NCBI GenBank assembly: GCA_945872165.1
Contig: CAMBYS010000001.1
Coordinates: 1 to 39,859, forward strand
Source: an uncultured Clostridia bacterium
GTDB lineage: Bacteria > Bacillota > Clostridia > Oscillospirales > Butyricicoccaceae
Reading direction: 5' to 3'
Length of the DNA: 39,859 nt
The notes under the pieces are model-generated. The model was given only the letters and a program-made list of their open reading frames with translations. It was not told where the DNA came from and did no database searches. The position numbers and the translations under genes were made by a program. Below are positions 8,991 to 18,180 of this stretch, in pieces. The first letter of the stretch is position 1, and every line of letters begins with the position of its first letter.

Positions 8991-9845
8991 TCATTTCTTT
9001 TTTCGGCTATTTGCCTCAAGGGTAACCGTTCTGCGGAACTGCTTCGGCGTACAGCCCACATGCTCCCGGAAGGAACGGATAAAGTTCGTGGTGCTGTGGA
9101 AACCGCATTCCTCCGCAATCTGTTCCACAGATTTTTGTGAAACCGTCAGCAGCTGGCGTGCCATGGTAATGCGAAGGTTGACCAGATAAGCATGGGGTGA
9201 TACCGACGTACACTTGCGGAACAGACGGCTGAAATAATACTCACTCAGATTGACCTGATCGGCAATTTTCTCAATGGAAAGCCGTTCGGAAAAATGCTGC
9301 TCCATATAAGCAATGGCATGCAGTACAGCTGTATTCTGAATGGAACCCTGCTTTTCCTCCACAGCCAACTCGCCGAGAATCCGGTACAGCTGGGCAGAAA
9401 TCCGGTGTTCATTATAGGTTTTATCGGTTACCAGTGCAAAAATACTCTGGATTGCGCTCTGCACTTCAATGGACCGTGCAGGCTGCAGGAAATAGCCCTG
9501 GCTTCCTGCCAAAAGCTTATAATATTCCTCACTGCTGCCGCCGCCAAAATAGATATAGCGGAACACAACGCTTCCAATGGCACCATAGGTATGCGGATGG
9601 CGGCAGTCCAGCAGGATCACATCGCCTGCGTGGACCTCAAAGCGCTTATGGTTATACTCAAAAAACATCCCGCCACTGTCCACAACCGCAAGCATAAAAT
9701 AATCAAACCGGTTCCGGTGTACCACATAGGTATGGTCACAAAAATAATGCCCTACATAGGATGCGTAAATCAGGGCAGAGCGCGCAAATTCTGACGGAAG
9801 ATGCAGAAATGTCCTGGATGACGGTAAAATTCCACCGTTTTCCAT
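8991..9845 (-). CDS. AraC family transcriptional regulator
   Basis: N-terminal cupin-like domain and C-terminal LSEYYFSRLFRK...IAEECGF...FIRSFREHVGCTPKQFR; start at MENGG behind GGAGGT. Confidence 0.93.
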   Translation of the reverse strand: MENGGILPSSRTFLHLPSEFARSALIYASYVGHYFCDHTYVVHRNRFDYFMLAVVDSGGMFFEYNHKRFEVHAGDVILLDCRHPHTYGAIGSVVFRYIYFGGGSSEEYYKLLAGSQGYFLQPARSIEVQSAIQSIFALVTDKTYNEHRISAQLYRILGELAVEEKQGSIQNTAVLHAIAYMEQHFSERLSIEKIADQVNLSEYYFSRLFRKCTSVSPHAYLVNLRITMARQLLTVSQKSVEQIAEECGFHSTTNFIRSFREHVGCTPKQFRRTVTLEANSRKKK

Positions 9846-10035
9846 ACCTCCGTTTTTGTTATCCAATTCGGCTGAAAATGCCATTCCCTCATAATTTCTC
9901 ATGAAAATATCATACCATGGGACAGCATTTCTGTAAACCCTTTCGCGGCAAGAAATTCCAAAATATGGATATTATTTTTTCACAGCTGTCTCAACCCATA
10001 CAGCAGGAACGGCATTTGCCCACCGGTCACTACAG

Positions 10036-10524
10036 TCAGGCTTTCCTGTTCAGAAACGCCAGAAGGAACTGCTGGGCGAGACTGTTTTGGGCGATGGCCT
10101 GGGGAGTTTCCGACCGTTCATACCATTCGGCATGATCTACCTCATCGGTCACGCCGCTCAAATCCTCACTGTCTGCCACACAGGAGAAATTTAACATCAG
10201 TGTATTGCTGGGTTCAAAAAACTGGCTTTCATTGAAGGTAATATCATGCACAGTCAAACCGATTTCTTCCTTTACCTCCCGTGCCACAGCCTGTTCCGCC
10301 GATTCCCCCCGGTTCACATAACCGGCAACCAGAATATTTCGCTTTTTCCCATACTGCTGGATGAGCAGGATGCGGGTCTTGTCCGGGCTGAGAACCTCCA
10401 TGCTGACAGCTGTATTAAAAATTGGGAACCGGAACTGCTGACACTTCGGACAATATGGTACCATCCCCTCCTTCTCCAGATACTTTTCCACCAGCGGTGT
10501 TCCGCATTCATAACAACATTTCAT
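10036..10524 (-). CDS. NUDIX hydrolase, NudC (NADH pyrophosphatase)-like with Zn ribbon
   Basis: CYECG...CPKC Zn ribbon, Nudix box AGYVNRGESAEQAVAREVKEEIGL, SQFFEPSNTLM; RBS GAGGAGG. Confidence 0.9.
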   Translation of the reverse strand: MKCCYECGTPLVEKYLEKEGMVPYCPKCQQFRFPIFNTAVSMEVLSPDKTRILLIQQYGKKRNILVAGYVNRGESAEQAVAREVKEEIGLTVHDITFNESQFFEPSNTLMLNFSCVADSEDLSGVTDEVDHAEWYERSETPQAIAQNSLAQQFLLAFLNRKA

Positions 10525-10674
10525 TTTTTGTCCTCCTCGTTTGTCAGACATTTTTTCAGATACTCTTTATTATACCCTTCTCTTTCCGACTTGCAACCTC
10601 TTTTACCACACGGTATACTGAAATGGTAACAGAGAAAAAACAGGTATCTCATACCGGATAAAGAAGGTTCCTTT

Positions 10675-12018
10675 ATGAATTCCATTGAACAGCGCATCTG
10701 CAGCTGTATTGATGCCCATGCATCCGAGCTGACTGCATTTGCCCATGATATTTATACCCACGCAGAAACAGGATATGCAGAGCATCGTACTGCCCGGCAG
10801 GTGGTGGACTGGCTGAAAAACCGCTGTGGACTGGCGCCCGAAACCGGGCTTGCACAAACCGGTGTCCGTGCCTCACTGGGCACCTCCCGTCCGTCTATCT
10901 GCCTGATTGGAGAACTGGATGGCATCCGCTGTCCGGAGCATCCCTTTGCTGTGCCGGAAACCGGCATGTCCCATGCCTGCGGACATCATATGCAGCTGGC
11001 AGCCTTGGCAGGTGCTGCATTGGCATTGTCTGACCCCTTGGTGGCGGAGCAGCTGGATGGCAGCGCAGTATTTTTTGCGGTTCCCTGTGAAGAGCATGTG
11101 CCGATGAACCGGCTGAACCAGCTGCGGCAGAAAGGCATCGCCAGCTGCTGCGGTGGCAAACCGGAGCTGTTGCTGCGGGGTGCATTCGATGATATCGACG
11201 CCGCGGTGACAACCCATGCACATATGGTACCCTGTGACAAGGATTTCCTGCTGGGCAGCAATTCCACCAGCGGCTTTTTGTCCAAGCTCATTCATATCAA
11301 AGGCCGTGCTTCCCATACTGCCATTGCGCCGGAAAAGGGTGTCAATGCACTGGATGTGGTCACATTGGCCCGCAGTGCCATCGGCATGCTGCGCAGTACG
11401 CTGCGGGATGCGGACTGTGTCCGTATCGGAGAAGTGGTTCGTATGGGTAATTCCGCCATCAATGTGGTTCCCCATGAAGTCACGGTAGATTTGCAGGTGC
11501 GTGCCAAAACCTGGGAAGCTCTGCTGGATGCGGACAAAAAGATTGACCGGGCTTATCGTGCGGCAGCTTATGCGTTTGGTGCGGAAATCACCATTACCGA
11601 TGATATGGGATATCTGCCCACCATACCGGCGCATCCATGCCAGGCATTGTGTGAAGCCGCAGCGCTGTTGTCCGACCGGGCAACCAGTGAACCTGTCAGC
11701 TTTGCGGTGCACAACGCGGCTTCCACTGATGTGGGTGATCTGTCCCACCGCATGCCGGTTGTCAATTTTACTTTCTCCGGCTTTTCCGGCACGCTGCATG
11801 GGGCGGATTTCCGCATTACCAATGAGGAAAAAGCCTATCTGCTTCCTGCCAAGCTGGCGGCACTCACCATGTATCGTCTGCTACGGGACAATGCCGCACA
11901 GGCTCAGCAGTTGATTGCAACGTATCAGCCGCCTATGTCTGCGGAAGCCTATCGGGAATATGCAAAGAAATTTGAAGCCGGCTTTGTCGGAGAACCTTCT
12001 CCCTTTGTATTTCGATAA
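10675..12018 (+). CDS. M20 family amidohydrolase
   Basis: HAETGYAE, GELDG, HACGH, VPCEE, GRASH, STDVGD, LHG motifs. Confidence 0.9.
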   Translation: MNSIEQRICSCIDAHASELTAFAHDIYTHAETGYAEHRTARQVVDWLKNRCGLAPETGLAQTGVRASLGTSRPSICLIGELDGIRCPEHPFAVPETGMSHACGHHMQLAALAGAALALSDPLVAEQLDGSAVFFAVPCEEHVPMNRLNQLRQKGIASCCGGKPELLLRGAFDDIDAAVTTHAHMVPCDKDFLLGSNSTSGFLSKLIHIKGRASHTAIAPEKGVNALDVVTLARSAIGMLRSTLRDADCVRIGEVVRMGNSAINVVPHEVTVDLQVRAKTWEALLDADKKIDRAYRAAAYAFGAEITITDDMGYLPTIPAHPCQALCEAAALLSDRATSEPVSFAVHNAASTDVGDLSHRMPVVNFTFSGFSGTLHGADFRITNEEKAYLLPAKLAALTMYRLLRDNAAQAQQLIATYQPPMSAEAYREYAKKFEAGFVGEPSPFVFR

Positions 12019-12054
12019 AAAGAGCTGTAGGAAAGTCCATTCCCACAGCTCAAA
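12017..12054. terminator. Probable terminator hairpin between convergent amidohydrolase and EamA genes
   Basis: GAGCTGTAGGAA-AGTCCA-TTCCCACAGCTC; T run on the minus strand. Confidence 0.55.
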
Positions 12055-12086
12055 GCAACAGCCGGCAAACAATCAAGAGAAATGCA

Positions 12087-13016
12087 TCAGCTGTCCTGTT
12101 TTTCTTTGCTCTGTCCGGTCAGATTGACCAGAATGATACCGGCGCATACCAGTACCAGGGACAGCATATTACGCACCGTAAAAACGGTTTCATGCAGCAC
12201 AACACCGGACATCAGGGAACCAAAAACCGGTACAAGGAAATTGTACACCGTTACCCTGCCCACCGGGTATTGCTTGAGCAGTGCGGTCCAGATGGTAAAG
12301 GCAGCCGCCGACAGAAAAATCAGATAACCCAGCAGTGCAATCGCCTGGGGTGTGATGGTATTGAAATGTCCGCCGCCCAGAATGCCTGCAAGCAGCAGCA
12401 CAGCACCGCCAATGGTCAGCTGCCAGCCGGTAACCATCATAGGCGACTGTCCCTTTGCCACAAATTTGCTGATTACCGCTCCGCCTCCGGCTGCGATGGT
12501 GGACAGCAGCATAAAGCCCTCGCCATTCCATGCAAATCCGCCGCCCAGGGCATCTGCTGAACTGATGGTAATCATCAGCACACCGGCAAAACCGATGAGG
12601 CAGCCAATGGTTTTCCGGGTGTTCAGCCGGTCATCGGGAAACAGGAAATGGGAAATGCCCACCGCAAGAAAGGTGGTCATTGCCGTGATGACGGAGCCCT
12701 TTACGCCGGTGGTATGGGACAGACCAATATAAAAGAACACATACTGCATCGTGGGCTGCACAATGCCCAGCAGCAGGATGCCCTTCCATTGTTCCTTCCG
12801 GGGAACCAGCAGCTTCCGATTCATGATGGCTGATACTGCCAGCACTGCAATACCTGCCAGCATAAACCGCCATCCGGCAAAAAACAGCTTGCTGGCTGCA
12901 TCCTCTCCTATATGAAACAGCGCATAGCCTGTTTTGACGGATGGAAACGCACTGCCCCAAAGCAGTGTGCAAAAAAGTGCCGGCAGCACCAGGCCGGCAA
13001 AGGTACGTTTGTTCAT
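12087..13016 (-). CDS. DMT/EamA family transporter
   Basis: About 10 TM helices, LWGSAFPSVK, RFMLAG, PVFG..SG..LHE; start at MNKRT. Confidence 0.9.
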   Translation of the reverse strand: MNKRTFAGLVLPALFCTLLWGSAFPSVKTGYALFHIGEDAASKLFFAGWRFMLAGIAVLAVSAIMNRKLLVPRKEQWKGILLLGIVQPTMQYVFFYIGLSHTTGVKGSVITAMTTFLAVGISHFLFPDDRLNTRKTIGCLIGFAGVLMITISSADALGGGFAWNGEGFMLLSTIAAGGGAVISKFVAKGQSPMMVTGWQLTIGGAVLLLAGILGGGHFNTITPQAIALLGYLIFLSAAAFTIWTALLKQYPVGRVTVYNFLVPVFGSLMSGVVLHETVFTVRNMLSLVLVCAGIILVNLTGQSKEKQDS

Positions 13017-13118
13017 ATTTCTTCTCACCTGTTCTGTTCTGAAATTGCCATGTTCTATCGTACTGCATACTGGTAACAATTACAAGTACACATTTCTCAT
13101 CAAATTCCGTCAACCTGC

Positions 13119-13147
13119 TTGACAGACGCTTTTAATGCTAGTACAAT
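13119..13147 (+). promoter_or_regulatory. Sigma-A promoter for but
   Basis: TTGACA-N17-TACAAT. Confidence 0.7.
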
Positions 13148-13237
13148 ATTTCAAGGTTAATGTGGTTGTTTTTGTAGCTTTTGCACATGTTTTTATGATT
13201 TTTTGACCATCTTATAGGAATCGGAGGATTGTTACTT

Positions 13238-14578
13238 ATGGATTATCAGGCACTCTATCAGAGCAAGCTGACTACCGCTGAAGAAGCGGCTAAAGTAGTA
13301 AAAAGTGGTGACTGGGTTGACTTCGGCTGGTGCACCGGCACACCGGACGCACTGGACAAGGCACTGGCTGCACGGGCTGAGGAACTCGTGGATGTCAATA
13401 TCCGCGGCGGCGTCCTGCTGGCACCTCTTGCTATCGCACAGGTTCCGAATGCAAACAAGCATTTCTCCTGGAACTCCTGGCATATGAGCGGCATCGAACG
13501 CAAAATGATTAACGACGGCATTGCATACTATGCACCGCTGCGTTATTCTGAACTGCCCCGCTGGTACCGTGAGAGCATCTGCCCACCGGATGTTGTCATG
13601 ATTCAGGTGGCACCGATGGACAAGCATGGTTACTTTAACTTCGGCCCCAGCGCTTCCCATATTGCGGCAGTCTGCGAGACCGGCAAAAAGGTCATCGTGG
13701 AAGTCAACCAGAACATGCCCCGCTGCCTTGGCGGCTTTGAAGAAGGCGTACATATCACCGATGTAGATATGATCGTAGAAGGCAACAATCCGCCGATTCG
13801 CACCATGGGCAGTGTAGCTGCAACCGAGATTGATGAAACCGTTGCCCGTCTCATTGTGGAGGAAATCCCCAATGGTGCCTGCCTGCAGCTGGGTATCGGC
13901 GGTATGCCGAACGCCGTCGGCTCTCTGATTGCCCAGTCCGACCTGAAGGATCTGGGTGTACATACCGAGATGTATGTTGACGGCTTTGTTGACATGGCAG
14001 CTGCCGGCAAGCTGTCCTGTTCCAGAAAGAACATCGACAAGGGCCGCCAGGTATTTGCCTTCGGCGCAGGCACCCAGAAGATGTATGATTACATGGATGA
14101 CAACCCGGCTCTGATGAGTGCACCGGTAAGCTATACCAACGATTCCCGTGTCATTTCCCAGATTGACAACTTCATGTCCATCAACAATGCGGTTGACCTG
14201 GACCTGACCGGTCAGATCAATGCAGAATCCGCAGGTACCAAGCACATCAGCGGTGCAGGCGGACAGCTGGACTTTGTTCTGGGCGCATACCTGTCCAACG
14301 GCGGCAAGAGCTTCATCTGCTGCTCTTCCACCTTTACCACCCGCAGCGGCGAGCTGAAGAGCCGTATTGTACCGACTCTGACTCCGGGCTCCACCGTTAC
14401 CGATACCCGTACCAACACCCATTATCTGGTCACCGAGTACGGCAAGGTCTGCCTGAAGGGCCTGTCCACCTGGGAGCGTGCAGAAGCAATTATTTCTGTT
14501 GCCCATCCCCAGTTCCGGGAAGACCTCATCAAGGAAGCGGAAAAGCTCAAGATCTGGAGAACCTCCAACCGCAGATAA
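13238..14578 (+). CDS. but: Butyryl-CoA:acetate CoA-transferase
   Basis: [80 protein letters not shown], typical of gut butyrate producers. Confidence 0.9.
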   Translation: MDYQALYQSKLTTAEEAAKVVKSGDWVDFGWCTGTPDALDKALAARAEELVDVNIRGGVLLAPLAIAQVPNANKHFSWNSWHMSGIERKMINDGIAYYAPLRYSELPRWYRESICPPDVVMIQVAPMDKHGYFNFGPSASHIAAVCETGKKVIVEVNQNMPRCLGGFEEGVHITDVDMIVEGNNPPIRTMGSVAATEIDETVARLIVEEIPNGACLQLGIGGMPNAVGSLIAQSDLKDLGVHTEMYVDGFVDMAAAGKLSCSRKNIDKGRQVFAFGAGTQKMYDYMDDNPALMSAPVSYTNDSRVISQIDNFMSINNAVDLDLTGQINAESAGTKHISGAGGQLDFVLGAYLSNGGKSFICCSSTFTTRSGELKSRIVPTLTPGSTVTDTRTNTHYLVTEYGKVCLKGLSTWERAEAIISVAHPQFREDLIKEAEKLKIWRTSNRR

Positions 14579-14588
14579 ACAGCATGAA

Positions 14589-14625
14589 ACAAAGCCGACG
14601 GCCTGTGCCGTCGGCTTTGTTATTT
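14589..14625. terminator. Terminator after but
   Basis: ACAAAGCCGACGGC-CTGT-GCCGTCGGCTTTGT perfect 14-bp stem. Confidence 0.85.
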
Positions 14626-14629
14626 CCCC

Positions 14630-14677
14630 AAAAAAGGGGAAAAGACCGTTCCGCTCTCCTACAAAACAGCCTTTTCC
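14630..14677 (-). terminator. Terminator for the candidate ncRNA and nrd operon read-through
   Basis: Minus strand GGAAAAGGCTGTT...AACGGTCTTTTCC-CCTTTTTT. Confidence 0.7.
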
Positions 14678-14863
14678 TCATTTACAAAGTACCGTCTCAC
14701 ATGATTTCCTGACCGAGTCGGCACATACGATTTCCGAATCTGTATATCCGGAAGGTATCTGCCAGATAATCGATACGAACAGGCTGAATACTGTGTATAA
14801 TCTTTCCCCTTATTACCCACAGCGAAATATCCAGCAATCTGTTATTGGAAATTGTACTTTATA
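14630..14863 (-). ncRNA. Candidate structured non-coding RNA (about 180-nt core plus terminator), family not recognised
   Basis: Consensus promoter upstream, 10-bp closing stem, nested internal stems, own terminator, no credible ORF. Confidence 0.6.
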
Positions 14864-14868
14864 CCATT

Positions 14869-14896
14869 ATTATAGCAAGTTCTGTGCAATTGTCAA
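14869..14896 (-). promoter_or_regulatory. Consensus sigma-A promoter with no downstream protein gene
   Basis: Minus strand TTGACA-N16-TATAAT with TG extension. Confidence 0.75.
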
Positions 14897-14952
14897 TCTC
14901 TATTTCATTTTGCACAAAAAAAAATGTGTATTTTGTTATGTTATGTGCACTT

Positions 14953-15456
14953 TTATGCAGTCGTGATCACTTTTCCTTCTCTGAGAGACTTTTGTACGTC
15001 AATCAAACGCTGGTTGCGGCTGCCGCGGAAACGCAGAGACAGATCCCGCTGGGCTTCAACAAATGGCCCATCTACCAGAATGTCACACTGCCGGAGCAAT
15101 GAAAAGACTGCCGGGTCTTCCATGGCAAGCAGCTGCTCCCAAGTATAGCCGGAATACGCCATAATATGTTTTCCGCCCTGCTTCAGTATCCGCACCAGCT
15201 CCGCCAGCGGCTCCGGCTGGCAGAAGGGCTCTCCTCCGGACAGGGTGACACCGGAGATCAGCGGATCGGCCTGAATGTCGGATAAAATCCGGGAAATCGG
15301 TACCAGTTCTCCGCCAGAAAAATCATGGGTCTGGGGATTGTGGCAGCCGGGACAATGGTGCGGGCAGCCCTGGGTAAAAATAACAAAGCGGATGCCGGGG
15401 CCATCGACGATTGACTCATCAATGACTCCGGCAATGCGAAGATTCAGATCGTTCAT
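14953..15456 (-). CDS. nrdG: Anaerobic ribonucleotide reductase activating enzyme (radical SAM)
   Basis: SIVDGPGIRFVIFTQGCPHHCPGCHNP (CxxxCxxC), LSGGEPF, LVDGPF, FRGSRNQR. Confidence 0.97.
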   Translation of the reverse strand: MNDLNLRIAGVIDESIVDGPGIRFVIFTQGCPHHCPGCHNPQTHDFSGGELVPISRILSDIQADPLISGVTLSGGEPFCQPEPLAELVRILKQGGKHIMAYSGYTWEQLLAMEDPAVFSLLRQCDILVDGPFVEAQRDLSLRFRGSRNQRLIDVQKSLREGKVITTA

Positions 15457-15459
15457 GTG

Positions 15460-15645
15460 TTATGCACTGCGGCGAACGTCATGCTTCACACGGTCATGCT
15501 CTTCTGCACGCTTTGCGTTGTTGAAACGGTCCAGTGTGCCTACCAGATAACCGGTGATGCGGCGGATACGCTCGAAGCCAACGCCTTCGCCTACCATTTC
15601 TTCACCCTGTTCATTGTATGTGACATGATTCAGTTCGTTCATCAT
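15460..15645 (-). CDS. Stand-alone NrdD glycyl-radical domain (61 aa)
   Basis: FERIRRITGYLVGTLDRFNNAKRAEEHDRVKH is the normal NrdD C-terminus including the radical Gly; own RBS AAGGAGGG. Confidence 0.9.
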   Translation of the reverse strand: MMNELNHVTYNEQGEEMVGEGVGFERIRRITGYLVGTLDRFNNAKRAEEHDRVKHDVRRSA

Positions 15646-15658
15646 AAAAAAGCCCTCC

Positions 15659-17995
15659 TTAACAATTACACATTTCTTTCAGTGGCATCAGCGGATTCGG
15701 ACGGCGATCCCGTTCTTCATTCGGATCACCATGATAACCGATGGTATCACTGTTATGGTTTTTATATACGCCAAGCTGACGCAGCTTTTCAATGCTGATT
15801 GCCTCGCCTTCACGACGACCACAGCGTGGGCAGACATCATCAATGATGCCGGTATAGCCGCAGATCGGGTCACGGTCAACCGGATGGTTGATGGAACCAT
15901 AGCCGATACCACTTTCCTTCATGTAACGGACAACCGCTTCAAAGGCATCCAGATTCTGTGTCGGGTCACCATCCAGCTCTACATAGCTGATATGACCGCC
16001 ATTGGTCAACTCATGATATGGTGCCTCAAGCTGAATTTTCCGGAACGCAGTAATCGGATAATATACCGGTACGTGGAAGGAATTGGTATAGTAATCCCGG
16101 TCTGTTACACCCTCAATGGAACCAAAGCGTTCCCGATCCAGACGGACGAAGCGTCCGGACAGGCCCTCTGCCGGTGTAGCAATGACGGAGAAATTCAGGC
16201 CGGTTTCACGGCTCTCACGATCCATGCGTTCCCGCATGCGTCCTACGATGGTCAGGCCCATGTTCTGTGCCTGCTCTGATTCGCCGTGATGGACACCCAT
16301 CAGTGCCTTCAGGCATTCTGCCAGGCCAATGAAGCCAACGGTCAGGGTACCATGCTTGAGCACTTCGCCTACCTTGTCATTGGGACCCAGCTTGTCGGAA
16401 TCAATCCACACACCCTGTCCCATCAGGAACGGATAGTTGCGTACCCGCTTCTCACTCTGGATCTTAAAGCGTGCCTTCAACTGGTCAACAACCAGATCCA
16501 GCTTTTCATCCAGTTCGTTAAAGAATGCCTCCACATTGCCCTGTGCCTTCAGCGCAATGCGCGGCAGGTTAATTGATGTAAAACTCAGATTGCCGCGTCC
16601 GTTGACAATCTCACGGGTCGGGTCATATACATTGCCGATGACACGGGTACGGCAGCCCATGTAAGCAGCCTCGGTCTCCGGATGTCCCGGCTTGTAGTAC
16701 TGTGCGTTGAACGGCGCATCCAAGAACGAGAAGTTCGGGAACAGACGCTTTGCCGACACACGCATTGCCAGTTTGAACAGGTCATAGTTCGGGTCTCCCG
16801 GATTGTAGTTGACGCCTTCCTTGACCTTGAAAATGTGAATCGGGAAGATGGAAGTCTCACCATTGCCCAGACCTGCCTCTGTTGCCAGCAGCAGGCTCTT
16901 CATGGCCAGACGGCCTTCCTGGGAGGTATCGGTACCATAGTTCAGGGAGGAGAACGGAATCTGTGCGCCGGCACGGGAATGCATGGTATTCAGGTTGTGT
17001 ACCAGTGCTTCCATTGCCTGATAGGTGGCACGTTCGGTCTCACGGCGTGCATACTTCAGGGTAAATGCCATGACACGCTCCACGGTTTCCGGTGCAATGC
17101 CCCGCTCCAGCAGCCGGTCACGGATCTGCTCCGAGGTGCCGTTGTCATCCGCCAGCACCGGCTTCTGATCACAGGCCTCAATCAATGCCTTAGCCGGCTC
17201 CAGGCCTTCCTCCTCGATATCAAAGACCTCCAGCGCTTTGGCAAGATTGTCACGGTAATTGTGCCAGTAGGTCTTGCGCACGCCCGGTGCCATGCTGTAA
17301 TCAAAATTCGGAACACTCTGTCCGCCGTGCTGGTCATTCTGGTTGGACTGAATGGCAATACAAGCCAGTGCGGAATAGCTGCGGATGTCATTGGGCTCAC
17401 GCAGGAATCCATGTCCGGTAGAAAAACCATTTTCAAACAGCCTGAGCAGGTCAATCTGGGTGCAGGTGGTAGTCAGTGTGTAAAAATCAAAGTCGTGAAT
17501 ATGGATATCGCCTTCCCGGTGTGCCTTGGCAATATACGGCTCCAGCAGGAACATTTCATTGAACTGCTTGGCGCCCTCCGAACCATACTTGAGCATGGTG
17601 CCCATGGCGGTATCACCGTCAATGTTTGCGTTTTCACGCTTGATATCATTTTCAATGGCGGACTGGAAGGTCAGATCCTCATAAATCTTCATCAGTCCGG
17701 TATTCATCTCACGCTGGCGCGAACGCTCATTGCGGTACAGGATATATGCCTTCGCGGTGCGGGCGTGTCCCTGCTCCACAAGGATTTTCTCCACAGCGTC
17801 CTGCACATATTCCACTGTCGGTGTTGCCGACGGGCTGTGCGCCTCGACATAATCTGCCACATCCAATGCCAGCCGCATGGACAGCTGGTAGTCATGGCCC
17901 CCGGAAGCCTCCGCAGCTTTGTAGATAGCATTTGCAATCTTTGTTATGTCAAAAAATACACATCTGCCGTCTCGTTTTTCAATCTGCTGTATCAT
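15659..17995 (-). CDS. nrdD: Class III anaerobic ribonucleoside-triphosphate reductase large chain, lacking an intact glycyl-radical motif
   Basis: ATP cone (IEKRDGR), HIHDFD..TTTC, YMGCRT thiyl Cys, ATPAEGLSGRF, YYTNSFHVP, DPIC..CPRC metal site; no RxxGYL motif. Confidence 0.95.
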   Translation of the reverse strand: MIQQIEKRDGRCVFFDITKIANAIYKAAEASGGHDYQLSMRLALDVADYVEAHSPSATPTVEYVQDAVEKILVEQGHARTAKAYILYRNERSRQREMNTGLMKIYEDLTFQSAIENDIKRENANIDGDTAMGTMLKYGSEGAKQFNEMFLLEPYIAKAHREGDIHIHDFDFYTLTTTCTQIDLLRLFENGFSTGHGFLREPNDIRSYSALACIAIQSNQNDQHGGQSVPNFDYSMAPGVRKTYWHNYRDNLAKALEVFDIEEEGLEPAKALIEACDQKPVLADDNGTSEQIRDRLLERGIAPETVERVMAFTLKYARRETERATYQAMEALVHNLNTMHSRAGAQIPFSSLNYGTDTSQEGRLAMKSLLLATEAGLGNGETSIFPIHIFKVKEGVNYNPGDPNYDLFKLAMRVSAKRLFPNFSFLDAPFNAQYYKPGHPETEAAYMGCRTRVIGNVYDPTREIVNGRGNLSFTSINLPRIALKAQGNVEAFFNELDEKLDLVVDQLKARFKIQSEKRVRNYPFLMGQGVWIDSDKLGPNDKVGEVLKHGTLTVGFIGLAECLKALMGVHHGESEQAQNMGLTIVGRMRERMDRESRETGLNFSVIATPAEGLSGRFVRLDRERFGSIEGVTDRDYYTNSFHVPVYYPITAFRKIQLEAPYHELTNGGHISYVELDGDPTQNLDAFEAVVRYMKESGIGYGSINHPVDRDPICGYTGIIDDVCPRCGRREGEAISIEKLRQLGVYKNHNSDTIGYHGDPNEERDRRPNPLMPLKEMCNC

Positions 17996-18077
17996 CTGTT
18001 GATGCTCCTCTGGTTATTTCAATCATTGAAAAAAAGTCAATGAAAAGATTTTCCCGTTTTCCACATCAGACCTCACA

Positions 18078-18125
18078 ATACAAAATATGTAGGCATAACA
18101 CACATATATACACAATATATTGTGT
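18078..18125. promoter_or_regulatory. Tandem NrdR boxes
   Basis: ACACAATATATTGTGT (18110-18125, perfect palindrome) and ATACAAAATATGTAGG (18078-18093), 32 bp apart, downstream of the nrdD promoter. Confidence 0.88.
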
Positions 18126-18151
18126 ATTCGTGGGAATCGGAACTATCTCAT

Positions 18152-18180
18152 ATTTTAGTACGTCAGGGAACAGATGTCAA
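18152..18180 (-). promoter_or_regulatory. Sigma-A promoter of the nrdD operon
   Basis: Minus strand TTGACA-N17-TAAAAT. Confidence 0.75.

Noticed and set aside
13160-13210. Rex operator upstream of but
   Set aside because: Only a weak partial match to TTGTGAA-N4-TTCACAA; not supportable.
14683-14863. 6S RNA identity for the candidate ncRNA
   Set aside because: The length fits, but the manual fold is multi-branched rather than a rod with a central bubble; left unassigned pending cmscan.
15460-15810. nrdD pseudogene, frameshift error or programmed frameshift
   Set aside because: The small ORF has a strong correctly spaced RBS and its own N-terminus, the large chain carries a diverged duplicate tail, and the T run lies after the stop codon. 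nrdG and the NrdR boxes are intact. Not fully excluded without reads.
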